This document shows, piece after piece, positions 10,523-20,789 of a stretch of DNA of 64,000 bases. Below the pieces are notes generated by a model, which was not told the DNA's origin, did not search any database, and saw nothing but the letters and a program-made list of their open reading frames with translations. Origin of the DNA: Desulfatiglandales bacterium (lineage in GTDB: Bacteria > Desulfobacterota > DSM-4660 > Desulfatiglandales > HGW-15); the NCBI GenBank assembly GCA_963667015.2, contig CAXXJJ010000004.1, positions 3,520,001-3,584,000 on the forward strand, written 5' to 3'. A program made the translations under genes and the position numbers. Positions within the stretch are counted from its first letter, which is position 1. The number at the start of each line of letters is the position of its first letter.

Positions 10523-10610
10523 CATCGGTTATCTCTGGCTTTACCCTTACACCTTGAGCCGGATACCTTATACCGCGTTTTAGACATGATCCCCGCTACC
10601 GGAGTGAATA

Positions 10611-11918
10611 ATGAATGACAATATACTTTGGCTGATTCTGGCCGGAACTGTTATAACGACAATCCTGGTGGTTATAATATTGTTCCGCTTATCAAAAGGC
10701 CTTGCAGATATAGGTAAAGGAGTCCGCGACGAACTCCGGGAAGGACGGGAGGAAGCCAGGGGTGCAGGCAGGGAACTCCGAGAGGAGGTCTCAAACGGTT
10801 TGAAGTCAACCTACAGGATGCTCTTCAAAATGCTGGAAGGCATGGGAAAAGGCCAGCAGGCAAAACTTGACGCCATGACAAAACAGCTGAAGGAAATCAA
10901 CGAATCCAACCAGGAGGCGCTTGATAAAGTCAGGACCACCTTTGATGATCGGGTAAAGGAACTTCAGGAGAGCAATGAGAAGAAACTGGAGGAAATGCGC
11001 AAGACTGTAGATGAAAAGCTGCACGATACCCTTGAGAAAAGACTTGGGGAATCCTTTAAACTGGTGAGTGACAGGCTGGAGGCGGTGCATAAAGGCCTTG
11101 GGGAGATGCAGAATCTTGCTGCAGGCGTGGGAGACCTTAAAAGGGTGCTGACCAATGTTAAGGCCCGTGGAACATGGGGTGAGGTTCAGCTTGGAGCAAT
11201 ACTGGAACAGGTCCTGATACCGGACCAGTACGAGAAGAACGTTCAGGTGAAGGCGTCCTCACAGGAGAGAGTCGAATATGCCATCCGGCTTCCAGGGCCA
11301 AAGGATGATCCCGGGGCCAGTGTCTGGCTTCCCATAGATTCGAAATTTCCCCAGGAGGATTACCTGAGGCTCCAGGAGGCCTCTGAACAGGCGGATCCTG
11401 GACTGGTTCAATCTGCATTGGATGCCCTGGCACGTACTGTTCGATCTGCGGCAAAGGATATTCACGATAAATATGTAAATCCTCCGGAAACAACAGATTT
11501 TGGGATAATGTTTCTTGCAACGGAAGGATTATATGCCGAGGTTCTCAGGCAGCCTGCCCTTGTTGAGGATCTTCAGCACAGGTACCGCGTCGTGATCGCT
11601 GGACCTACAACCCTGGCAGCTATCCTGAACAGCCTTCGCATGGGCTTTCAGACCCTGGCCATAGAAAAAAGATCAGCCGAGGTATGGAGGGTTCTGGCTG
11701 CGGTTAAGACGGAATTCGGAAAGTTTGGTGATGTAATAGACAGGGTCAAACGCCAGCTGGACACGGCAAGCCGGACAATTGATCAGACAGGGGTCAGGAG
11801 CCGCGCCATGGAGAGGACCCTGCGCTCGGTCGAACGTCTGCCGGAAGCCGAGGCATCTAAAATCCTTGTACTGCCCCTGGCAAATGATCAAGATGGCGAA
11901 GGCGAAGATGAAATATGA
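10611..11918 (+). CDS. rmuC: DNA recombination protein RmuC
   Basis: N-terminal TM and coiled coil, RGTWGEVQL, IDSKFP, GPTTLAAILNSL. Confidence 0.92.
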   Translation: MNDNILWLILAGTVITTILVVIILFRLSKGLADIGKGVRDELREGREEARGAGRELREEVSNGLKSTYRMLFKMLEGMGKGQQAKLDAMTKQLKEINESNQEALDKVRTTFDDRVKELQESNEKKLEEMRKTVDEKLHDTLEKRLGESFKLVSDRLEAVHKGLGEMQNLAAGVGDLKRVLTNVKARGTWGEVQLGAILEQVLIPDQYEKNVQVKASSQERVEYAIRLPGPKDDPGASVWLPIDSKFPQEDYLRLQEASEQADPGLVQSALDALARTVRSAAKDIHDKYVNPPETTDFGIMFLATEGLYAEVLRQPALVEDLQHRYRVVIAGPTTLAAILNSLRMGFQTLAIEKRSAEVWRVLAAVKTEFGKFGDVIDRVKRQLDTASRTIDQTGVRSRAMERTLRSVERLPEAEASKILVLPLANDQDGEGEDEI

Positions 11919-12073
11919 CAGGCTGGTTTCTTTACTCGTGTCCTGCAGGTATATAGCATTGGCTCTCCGCTGCTTTTTTTACAGAAAAACCGGTTAATCT
12001 TTTTCGTGGTTTTTTATCAATATCCAACTACTATACGCACATTAACCTTTATCCATGAAGAGTTCTACTCCTC

Positions 12074-12102
12074 TTGACAGGAAAACAGAACGTACCTATT
12101 TT
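12074..12102 (+). promoter_or_regulatory. Sigma70-type promoter of the DnaJ-class gene
   Basis: TTGACA-17 bp-TATTTT, 27 bp upstream of the ATG. Confidence 0.55.
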
Positions 12103-12129
12103 TGAATATTTAACAAAGGACCATGCATT

Positions 12130-12933
12130 ATGAATGAATCGGATTATTATGAGCTCCTGCAGGTTGCTGAAAATGCAGATCAGCAGCAGATAAAGGAATC
12201 TTACCGCAAACTTGCCTTTAAGTACCATCCCGACCGGAACCAGGACCCGGAAAGCAGTACAAAAATGAAGAGTGTTAACGAGGCCTATGCAGTTCTCTCC
12301 AATCCTGAGAAGCGGAGGGAATATGACACAATGAGGAGTCGCTACGGCTCAAACGCTTACAGTCATTTTAAAAACAGCTATTCCCAGGAGGATATTTTCA
12401 GGGGATCGGATATAAATCATGTATTTGAAGAGATGGCCAGGAATTTCGGCTTCAGAAGTTTTGACGATATCTTCAAAGAGGCCTATGGTAAGGGCAGTAT
12501 GAGTTTTAAATCTCAAGGACCAGGTTTTACCTCGAGGGGTTTTGTTTTCAGCGGAAGGCCGAATGGGCATGCAGGCTCCGGCAGGGTCTTACGCTTTGTC
12601 CTAAAAAAAATGACCGGCATGGAATTACCGGAAAATGGAAAGGATATTCATGAAAAGATCCGGCTGAACCGCATTCAGGCACGCAATGGCGGACAGCACC
12701 CCTACCTGTTAAAACAGAGATCTGCAAAGCTTCTGGTGCAGGTTCCCCCCGGTGTCCGCGAGGGACAGACCATTCGGCTTGCAGGAATGGGACAGGCCGG
12801 AAAGGGCGGCGGAAAAGCCGGGGACCTCTATTTAAAGGTAATAATCAACACGCCCTTAACAGATAGAATCAGGACACTGTTTTTAAAGATTAAAAAGGCG
12901 TGCATGCAGGTCTGGACCGGAATAAACAGCTAA
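12130..12933 (+). CDS. DnaJ-class (CbpA-like) co-chaperone without zinc finger
   Basis: J-domain with HPD, G/F-rich linker, C-terminal VPPG...IRL.G.G...GDLYL. Confidence 0.85.
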   Translation: MNESDYYELLQVAENADQQQIKESYRKLAFKYHPDRNQDPESSTKMKSVNEAYAVLSNPEKRREYDTMRSRYGSNAYSHFKNSYSQEDIFRGSDINHVFEEMARNFGFRSFDDIFKEAYGKGSMSFKSQGPGFTSRGFVFSGRPNGHAGSGRVLRFVLKKMTGMELPENGKDIHEKIRLNRIQARNGGQHPYLLKQRSAKLLVQVPPGVREGQTIRLAGMGQAGKGGGKAGDLYLKVIINTPLTDRIRTLFLKIKKACMQVWTGINS

Positions 12934-13030
12934 AACAGCCAAATATATTTTACCTTGACAATGATATTATATTAACATCAAATTAAATTTAAATATCTAT
13001 AATATAAACCTGTCAGGATGGAGGTTTGCT

Positions 13031-15478
13031 GTGTATCAGTTCAGGCCGGTAACAGATCGAATGCATACCATGTATGAAGCGATTCGTGAACGTATATATC
13101 ATGTAGATCCGGAGCGTTCGCTCATCGTCACTGAAGCACATAAAAAATACGAGAATGTTATCCCTCTTCTCAGGTACCCCATGATCTTCCGCGAGATGTG
13201 CGAAAAGATGACCCTGAGGGTCGAAGATTTTGAAATCCTGGTGGCAAACAACAGCAAATATTTTTGCGGAACAATAATCAATCCCATCTGGGGCGGCGCG
13301 GAGATGTATCTTACCCCTGTTGATCAGGGCGAATGGAAAATGGGTGATGACGGCTATTATCACAACTCCGCCACTGATGAACTTCGAATGATTATGAGTC
13401 AGAAGGACTATGACGAGCTTGCTTCTGTTCGTGAATACTGGAAAACCCGTACCTTTACCAGTCAGGCGGATGCATGGCAGCCCGAGGGCTATGATGAACT
13501 GGCAAATCTGGCGGTTCGAGACTTTGGAAAAGACGCCCCGCTTATCCTGATGCCACCCGGTCACATGACACCCGGATACTCAAAAATACTTAATACAGGT
13601 TATGCCGTCATTTCTAAACAGGCAAGAGAGTGGATGGATGCCCACAGGAATAATCTTATGGGTGATGACGTAGAAAAATATCTCTTCTATTCATCTGTAG
13701 AAGTAACCTGCAATGGAGCAACCACTCTGCTCAAAAGATATGGTCAGACATGCCTTGACAAGGCTGCAGGATGCAGTGATCCCCGGCGTAAGGCCGAGCT
13801 TATTCAAATGGGTGAAAACCTGACATGGATTTCCGAGAACCCTGTTCGTACTTTCTGGCAGGCCTGTCAGGCCGCACTGCTTTATGAAATGATGATTTCA
13901 ATGGGCGGTGTAAATGATATCGGCTCTTTCGGCCGATTTGATCAGTATACCTGGCCCTTTTTAAAAAAGGATCTTGAGGAAGGCCGTATTACCATGGACC
14001 AGGCCCAGGAAATTGTCGACTGCTTTTTCATGAAGATAAACAGCTTTTATAACGGCGGTATCGGTCCGCTTGTTCCTATAATCGGAATAGGCAACACCTA
14101 CCTGCATACCACCATAGGTGGCATTGATCCAGATACCGGGGAAGACGCCAGCAACCCGGTTACCTACATGACACTGGAGACAATAGGCAGGCTCAGCCTG
14201 CATGATCCGACCGTTTCTCTTCGTGTACATAAGAATACGCCCGATGAGCTGTGGGCCTGTGCCATTGAGGTAAACAAACTGGTGGGAGGCCTGCCGCTGT
14301 TCCAGAATGATGATGTCATCATCCCGGGTATTATGAAGGAACTTGGCTTCAGCGAGCGAGATGCCAGAGATTACGCCCTTATCGGCTGCCAGGAAATTAC
14401 TGGTTCGGGTAATGACTATGCCGCGGGAAGCGGGATTTCTCCGCCCAGCGGATATCTCCATTACAGTTCCATGCTGAACATGGCAATCAATGACGGCATA
14501 AATCCCTACAATGGCGAACGGTGCCCCATCCATACAGGGTACCTGTACGATATGAATTCCATCGAAGAAGTAAAGGAAGCCTTTACCGCGATTGCCTCTT
14601 ATATAGTCAGGGCACAGGTATCCATTGATAATTATCTCGAATATATTTTTGAGAACAATATGATCTTCCCCATAGTTTCCATATCAGTCGAGGGCTGTAT
14701 GGAAAGCGGAAAGGACATATCCAGCGGAGGAGCCAAATACAACTCCTACGGCGGAACAGCCGTGGGGCTTGCCACCATCGCGGACTCCATCACAGCAATC
14801 AAATACATGTGCTTTGACAAAAAAAGGTGCACAACACGCGAGCTCTACGATGCGGTTATGGCGGACTGGGAGGGATACGAATCTCTCCGCCAGATCATCA
14901 TAAACGAGGTGCCTCACTTTGGAAATGCAGATCCCTATGCAGACATGGAAATGAAGTGGGTTACAGATACCTATTACAGCATATGCAAAGAGTGCTACAG
15001 CGCCAGATCTAAAATTTACAAGGCCGGTATGTACAGCGCGGCCAATCATGTGGCCCAGGGCTACCATACCTGGGCAACACCGGATGGACGAAAGGCCGGC
15101 ACTCCCATCGCCGACGCCGCCTCTCCGGTTCAGGGAAGGGACAGGCAGGGCCCCACGGCTGTTCTTCAATCCGCTCTCTGCTATGACCACAGCAAATTTA
15201 TGGACGGCCTGGCGCTGAATGTGCGGATTCATCCCTCGGTACTTGACCGGGAAGACGGCATCGCAAAGCTGCGTGACATGACAAAGACCTATCTGAATTC
15301 AGGCGGAATGGAGATACAGTATAACATAGTATCCTCAGACACCATGCGCGCGGCCCAGGCCGACCCCGAGACCTATCGTGATCTTGTTGTGCGCATTGCA
15401 GGCTTCTCTGCCTATTTTGTGGAGCTTTCCCTGGACTGCCAGAATGATCTTATTTCACGCACTGAAAACAGCATGTAG
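13031..15478 (+). CDS. Glycyl radical enzyme (PFL/dehydratase superfamily), substrate unknown
   Basis: C-terminal VRIAGFSAYF Gly loop, single Cys loop IGCQE, GRFDQY, TPDGR. GTG start with GGAGG RBS. Confidence 0.9.
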   Translation: MYQFRPVTDRMHTMYEAIRERIYHVDPERSLIVTEAHKKYENVIPLLRYPMIFREMCEKMTLRVEDFEILVANNSKYFCGTIINPIWGGAEMYLTPVDQGEWKMGDDGYYHNSATDELRMIMSQKDYDELASVREYWKTRTFTSQADAWQPEGYDELANLAVRDFGKDAPLILMPPGHMTPGYSKILNTGYAVISKQAREWMDAHRNNLMGDDVEKYLFYSSVEVTCNGATTLLKRYGQTCLDKAAGCSDPRRKAELIQMGENLTWISENPVRTFWQACQAALLYEMMISMGGVNDIGSFGRFDQYTWPFLKKDLEEGRITMDQAQEIVDCFFMKINSFYNGGIGPLVPIIGIGNTYLHTTIGGIDPDTGEDASNPVTYMTLETIGRLSLHDPTVSLRVHKNTPDELWACAIEVNKLVGGLPLFQNDDVIIPGIMKELGFSERDARDYALIGCQEITGSGNDYAAGSGISPPSGYLHYSSMLNMAINDGINPYNGERCPIHTGYLYDMNSIEEVKEAFTAIASYIVRAQVSIDNYLEYIFENNMIFPIVSISVEGCMESGKDISSGGAKYNSYGGTAVGLATIADSITAIKYMCFDKKRCTTRELYDAVMADWEGYESLRQIIINEVPHFGNADPYADMEMKWVTDTYYSICKECYSARSKIYKAGMYSAANHVAQGYHTWATPDGRKAGTPIADAASPVQGRDRQGPTAVLQSALCYDHSKFMDGLALNVRIHPSVLDREDGIAKLRDMTKTYLNSGGMEIQYNIVSSDTMRAAQADPETYRDLVVRIAGFSAYFVELSLDCQNDLISRTENSM

Positions 15479-15545
15479 TGTCATGAAACCACGCCTTGTT
15501 TTACAGGCACAACTTCCGGTAACTCTTCAGGCAGAGAAATAAAAT

Positions 15546-17462
15546 ATGTCAGCAAATGATACCTTAAAAAACATTTTCGGATTTCATGAATTTAAACCCG
15601 GCCAAAGGCAGGTTATAGACGCTGTCACAGCCGGCAAGTCGGCTGCAGCAATTTTTCCTACAGGCGCCGGAAAATCACTCTGTTATCAATTGCCGGCTGT
15701 TATTGAACCTGGAATGACCCTGGTGGTTTCTCCGCTTCTTTCCCTGATGAAAAATCAGATTGATTTTTTAAAATCAAAGAATATCGCAGCAGCAAAACTT
15801 GACTCCGGTATGAGCTCAGACGATTATCGTGCCGCTCTTGAAGCTGCCCGGCTGGGCCAGCTAAAGATACTGATGATTGCTGTAGAGCGGTTTAAAAATG
15901 AACGGTTCAGAACCCAGCTCAGGCAGATGAATATATCACTGCTTGTTGTTGACGAGGCCCACTGTATATCCGAATGGGGTCATAATTTCAGGCCCGACTA
16001 TCTCAAGATCCCTATATATCAGCAGGAATTCAGGATTAACAAGGTTCTGCTCCTTACAGCCACGGCAACACCAAAGGTGATTGATGACATGTGTGATAAG
16101 TTTGCCATCAGCCGTGAAAATGTTGTGCAGACAGGTTTTTACAGGGAAAATTTATTTTTACGCATACGCCCGGTTGCTGAAGAAAAAAAGGACGAACTTC
16201 TCAGGGAGATACTGGCAGATAAGCCTATTGGCCCTACAATCGTGTATGTAACCCTGCAGAAGACCGCAGAGCGGATAGCCGGTATGCTTAAGGAACAAAA
16301 ATTTTCTGCAGCGGCCTATCATGCGGGAATGAAAAACGAGGAGCGGGAAGCTGTTCAAAACAGTTTCATGGCAGGGGAAATAGACATCGTGGTAGCTACC
16401 ATCGCCTTTGGAATGGGAATTGATAAAGATGATATCAGAAGAGTTATACATTATGATCTTCCAAAATCCATAGAGAGCTACAGCCAGGAAATCGGTCGGG
16501 CAGGAAGGGATGGAAATCCCTCTCTATGCTGCCTTCTGGGAAATAAAAACAATATACCGGTGCTGGAGAATTTTGCCTATGGGGACACACCCGGTTTTGA
16601 GAATATTCGTAAGGTGCTGGAGAATATCAGACAATCCAGGGGAAATCTGTTTGAGGTTCGGGAATACTCCCTGAGCAGGGAAACAGATATAAGAGTGCTT
16701 CCGCTGAAAACCCTGCTGGTTTATCTGGAGATGGCAAATATTATTTCTCCAAAATACACCTATTTTGAAAACTATTCTTTTCAGTATCTTACCCCTGCTG
16801 AAAACATCACTGCAAATTTTGATGGTGAAAGAAAACAGTTTGTAAAAACCATACTGGATAATTCTATAATTGCCAGAACATGGGTAAACGTGGACATAGA
16901 TAATATTGTTGCACAGTCAGGCCATGACCGGCAGCGGGTGTTAACAGCTCTGGAGTATTTTCATGAAAAACAGTGGATTGACCTTAAACCAAAATCTGGC
17001 GTTGAAGTTTTTGAGATACTTGATTCCGAATTTGATATAGATGCAACGGCAGGAAAGATAGCAGAACTGTTTATTGAAAAGGAAAACAAGGATGTCGCAC
17101 GGCTTCATGAAATGATTAAACTCTTTGAAGCTGATCAGTGCCTGGCAAAAAGTCTGTCCGGTTATTTTGGCGAAAAGCTGGATAGCAGCTGCGGCAGGTG
17201 TTCCGTCTGCCTGGAGAAAAAACCTATTACGCTCCAATCATCAGTGCTGCCCTCCCTTGAACAGATGGATTTTCACGCCCTGGTGCAGCCTTTGAAGGAT
17301 GTTGCAGGACCAGGGATACCAGCAAGTCTTATAACACGCTTTTTATGCGGAGTTTCATCTCCCCGGCTGGTTGAGTATAAAGCCAGAAGGTTTCCGGGAT
17401 TCGGCAGGCTGGAGGCCTGGCCATACAAGGTGGTTGAAAAATGGGCCACAGAACACCTTTAA
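15546..17462 (+). CDS. recQ: RecQ family ATP-dependent DNA helicase
   Basis: PTGAGKSLCYQ, DEAHCISEWGHNFRP, ATIAFGMGID, QEIGRAGRDG, Zn-binding CGRCSVC. Confidence 0.9.
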   Translation: MSANDTLKNIFGFHEFKPGQRQVIDAVTAGKSAAAIFPTGAGKSLCYQLPAVIEPGMTLVVSPLLSLMKNQIDFLKSKNIAAAKLDSGMSSDDYRAALEAARLGQLKILMIAVERFKNERFRTQLRQMNISLLVVDEAHCISEWGHNFRPDYLKIPIYQQEFRINKVLLLTATATPKVIDDMCDKFAISRENVVQTGFYRENLFLRIRPVAEEKKDELLREILADKPIGPTIVYVTLQKTAERIAGMLKEQKFSAAAYHAGMKNEEREAVQNSFMAGEIDIVVATIAFGMGIDKDDIRRVIHYDLPKSIESYSQEIGRAGRDGNPSLCCLLGNKNNIPVLENFAYGDTPGFENIRKVLENIRQSRGNLFEVREYSLSRETDIRVLPLKTLLVYLEMANIISPKYTYFENYSFQYLTPAENITANFDGERKQFVKTILDNSIIARTWVNVDIDNIVAQSGHDRQRVLTALEYFHEKQWIDLKPKSGVEVFEILDSEFDIDATAGKIAELFIEKENKDVARLHEMIKLFEADQCLAKSLSGYFGEKLDSSCGRCSVCLEKKPITLQSSVLPSLEQMDFHALVQPLKDVAGPGIPASLITRFLCGVSSPRLVEYKARRFPGFGRLEAWPYKVVEKWATEHL

Positions 17463-17584
17463 AAGGTTCAATATTGATCGCCCTTATTAAATATAGTTAA
17501 TAATGAGTTTCGATAAAGATTTAATGCCCTCACTAAAACACATGCGCTTATTAAGGCAGGTGTTAACATTCTCAGGGAGAAGCC

Positions 17585-19819
17585 ATGGATACCGCCGCTC
17601 CGGTAAAAATACCTCATGACAAAGAAAAAAGATTATCCACTGATATCATTGCACAGCTCGCAGAACACACCATATTCGGGCTGGCAGGCACCATTGTAAA
17701 CTCAGGCGTTGTAGTTTTAATCCTGCATAAATCAGTTGCCATGAAAGGGCTTCTGTGGTGGTTTTTTATTTTATTGCTGATAAGTATCTGCCGAATCAAT
17801 TTACAGATCTTATTTAAAAAAAACATATCAAATGAGAAATTACTTAAAAACTGGAAAATTTATTTTCTCCTGAGTATCCTGATCTCCGGGATAATATGGG
17901 GTTTTTCCGGAGTTGCTTTTTTCTCCGAAGAGTCTGTTCCACATCAGGCCTTTTTGGCATTTGTCCTTGGTGGTATGGTTGCAGGATCAGTGGGTGTATA
18001 TTCTGTAATGATCAAGGCTTTCCTTTTTTTCAGCATACCTGCATTATTTCCTTTGATCATCAGACTGGCCTTTATGCGGGATTCAGTTCATCTCTCTATG
18101 TCATTCATGCTCTTTCTGTTCTGGCTGATTATGCTTTTTACTGCCAGAAAACTTCATGAAAACCTTATAAAATCGCTTGAATTAAAATATGAAAATAAAG
18201 ATCTCATTAATGATTTGGAGAATGAAATCGAGGCAAGGAAGGCAGCTGAAGCGAAGTTGAGCAATCAAAAGGATGAAGTTGAAAGAATAGTTGAAAAACG
18301 TACTCAGCAGCTTAAGGATGCACGGTTGAGGCAGAATGAGGCCGTAAATGCAGGCAATGTCGGACTCTGGGACTGGCATCTTACTTCAAACAGGGTTCAG
18401 TATTCTAAAGAATGGAAAAAGCAGATGGGGTATGAGGATCATGAAATCGGTGATGACCTTGATGAATGGCAGAGCCGTGTACACCCGGAGGACATAGGAC
18501 CCGCACTTGATCAAGTTGAACGGGTACTCAAGTACGAGGACCATGAATACAGGGCAGAATTTCGCTTCCGGCATAAAGATGGTTCCTACCGGTGGATTTT
18601 AGCACAGGGTTCTGTTCTTCAGGATGAATCGGGGAAGCCGGCACGCATGCTTGGCTCACACATAGACATTACCGAGAGAAAGAGAATGGAGGACGAGTTA
18701 CAGAAAACCCATAAGCTAGAATCTTTAGGTGTCCTGGCGGGAGGCATTGCCCATGATTTCAATAACATTCTATCCACTATCCTGGGGAATGTTTCAATGG
18801 CAAGGGAACTGACTGATACAGAAGACGAAATATCTGGGCTCTTGATTGACGCGGAGGAAGCCTCAAAAAATGCCCGGAAATTAACCAGGCAGTTATTGAC
18901 CTTTGCAAAAGGAGGTGTCCCTTTAAAAGAGGTTACCTCTATGAACAGGATTATCAAGGAAACAATATCGGTCATGACAAGAGGCTCCGAATATAATTGT
19001 GAATTTTCAATAGACGAAAACCTGTGGCCGGTGGAGATAGATGCGGGGCAGATAACCCAGGCTATTAATAATATTGCGGTCAACTCCAGGCAGGCTATGC
19101 CGGATGGCGGTATGATCAGTGTTTCAGCCGGGAACCTGATGGTTTCTGAAAACCACCTGCCGCTCAATTCAGGAAAATATATAAGGATTTCCATCAGGGA
19201 CCAGGGGTCCGGGATACCTGAAAAATATCTCTCAAGAATATTTGATCCCTATTTTACAACAAAACAAAATGCGAGCGGTCTCGGGCTTGCGACTGCCTAT
19301 TCAATAATCAATAAGCATGGAGGACTTCTAACAGCAGAGTCGCAACATGGAATGGGCGCCGCATTCCATATTTATCTGCCTGCTTCCGATAAAGAAATTT
19401 CAATAAAGGAAGAAACCCGGATTGTTATGGGGCATGGCAATGTCCTGGTAATGGACGATGAAGCCGACCTGCTTAAAATATATGGAAAAATATTAGAAAG
19501 GCTGGGTTACAAGCCGGAATATACCTCTGATGGAGCTGAAGCCGTTCTTATGTATAAAGCGGCAATGGAACAGGGGAATCCATACGATATCGTGATACTG
19601 GACCTGACAATTCCAGGAGGTATGGGAGGAGAAGAAACCATTAAAAAACTTCTGGAAATCGATCCGGATGTCAAAGCCATTGTCAGCAGCGGTTATTCGG
19701 ATGATGAGGTCATGGCCAATTTCAGGGAATACGGGTTTAAAGGCATGATGCAAAAGCCATTTGACATCAAAACATTAAGTATTGTGATGAATGATGTTTC
19801 AAACATGAAAACCGGATAG
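17585..19819 (+). CDS. Hybrid sensor histidine kinase (TM-PAS-HisKA-HATPase-REC)
   Basis: Several TMs, PAS VHPED...DGSYRW, AHDFNN, DQGSG/FDPYFTTK/GLGL, receiver DDE...ILD...QKPF. Confidence 0.92.
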   Translation: MDTAAPVKIPHDKEKRLSTDIIAQLAEHTIFGLAGTIVNSGVVVLILHKSVAMKGLLWWFFILLLISICRINLQILFKKNISNEKLLKNWKIYFLLSILISGIIWGFSGVAFFSEESVPHQAFLAFVLGGMVAGSVGVYSVMIKAFLFFSIPALFPLIIRLAFMRDSVHLSMSFMLFLFWLIMLFTARKLHENLIKSLELKYENKDLINDLENEIEARKAAEAKLSNQKDEVERIVEKRTQQLKDARLRQNEAVNAGNVGLWDWHLTSNRVQYSKEWKKQMGYEDHEIGDDLDEWQSRVHPEDIGPALDQVERVLKYEDHEYRAEFRFRHKDGSYRWILAQGSVLQDESGKPARMLGSHIDITERKRMEDELQKTHKLESLGVLAGGIAHDFNNILSTILGNVSMARELTDTEDEISGLLIDAEEASKNARKLTRQLLTFAKGGVPLKEVTSMNRIIKETISVMTRGSEYNCEFSIDENLWPVEIDAGQITQAINNIAVNSRQAMPDGGMISVSAGNLMVSENHLPLNSGKYIRISIRDQGSGIPEKYLSRIFDPYFTTKQNASGLGLATAYSIINKHGGLLTAESQHGMGAAFHIYLPASDKEISIKEETRIVMGHGNVLVMDDEADLLKIYGKILERLGYKPEYTSDGAEAVLMYKAAMEQGNPYDIVILDLTIPGGMGGEETIKKLLEIDPDVKAIVSSGYSDDEVMANFREYGFKGMMQKPFDIKTLSIVMNDVSNMKTG

Positions 19820-20288
19820 TTATTTATAAAATGACCACCGGAAAACCTGGAGAACTGCCTGGCGGGCATCCCAAAACGCGAATCCAATGCACAAGACATT
19901 CCTGTGCCAAAAAAAGAAACGGTTTTTCGCGGAAAAAGTTCCTAAAAGATTCAAAAGCAATACTTTCTGTTAAAATGGAAGAAGACATTTTAGCTGCTCA
20001 AGTAAAAGTGAACCCGGTCCCGCCCTTGACATCGGGAATATGGGGTATCAATTATTTTCTATAAATATCCCAAACCATTGAATCCCAGCTCCTTTCGGAG
20101 AATGACGACAAAAATACTTTTGTTTAATAAATCGTAAGACAATGTATTCACAATGTGTTTTAAGGTAGTAATTTGGTATTTCTGAATTGATACAATGGTT
20201 TAGATTTAAGACTAATGGTATTCGTTTGTCTTCCCTGGTAGCAAGTACTACGGCGAATAAAAATGTCATCTGTTTCGATTAGCGTTTG

Positions 20289-20789
20289 TCATGTGAGGTC
20301 AAGGTTGTAGATTCTAAATTCTTTGCCCTGCCTGACACATCTATTAAAGCTATCATCCAGATGCCTCGGATATAGATTTTTCCTTATCCCCACATTTTTA
20401 AGTGCGGATTCCAGGCTAATACATTTTGAATCTAAATCCATATAAGAAATGAGTGTTATTGCAGCCCTATCGCATGTACAGAACTTAATTTCTTTATCTG
20501 CTTCTATCAAGTATGCGATGGAGACTGCTTCACCTGGATCAATTTGCAATGTTACACTCTTGGCTTGTTTTTCAACGACTATGAGAGATTCAATATTGAT
20601 ATCATCAATAATTTCTACTTCAGGTGGTAATTGAATCGCATACCTCGCTCCGTCTTTTTTAAAATATTTTGCCTCATCAAATACAGATTTAGTAATGCAG
20701 ACCTCATAATTTCTACATACTTTTTCGAACAGGTTCAGAGAGTGAAGATCAATAAGAACATCAGCATCAAGCAGTAGCAATTTTGTCAT
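20289..20789 (-). CDS. PIN-domain putative toxin
   Basis: Acidic PIN motifs LLDADVL, DPGEA, CTCDRAA. Overlaps the upstream HTH-peptidase gene. Confidence 0.7.
   Translation of the reverse strand: MTKLLLLDADVLIDLHSLNLFEKVCRNYEVCITKSVFDEAKYFKKDGARYAIQLPPEVEIIDDINIESLIVVEKQAKSVTLQIDPGEAVSIAYLIEADKEIKFCTCDRAAITLISYMDLDSKCISLESALKNVGIRKNLYPRHLDDSFNRCVRQGKEFRIYNLDLT

Noticed and set aside
12955..13003. FNR/Rex-type operator upstream of the glycyl radical enzyme
   Set aside because: The TGAT-N11-ATCA spacing fits neither consensus, and the region is very AT-rich.
13031..15478. Pyruvate formate-lyase (pflB) call
   Set aside because: Lacks the adjacent Cys-Cys pair and a pflA neighbour.
19831..20269. 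Short ORFs 19831-20064 and 20048-20269 (likewise 46070-46300 and 47163-47420)
   Set aside because: No RBS or motif support; they lie in repeat-rich intergenic DNA.
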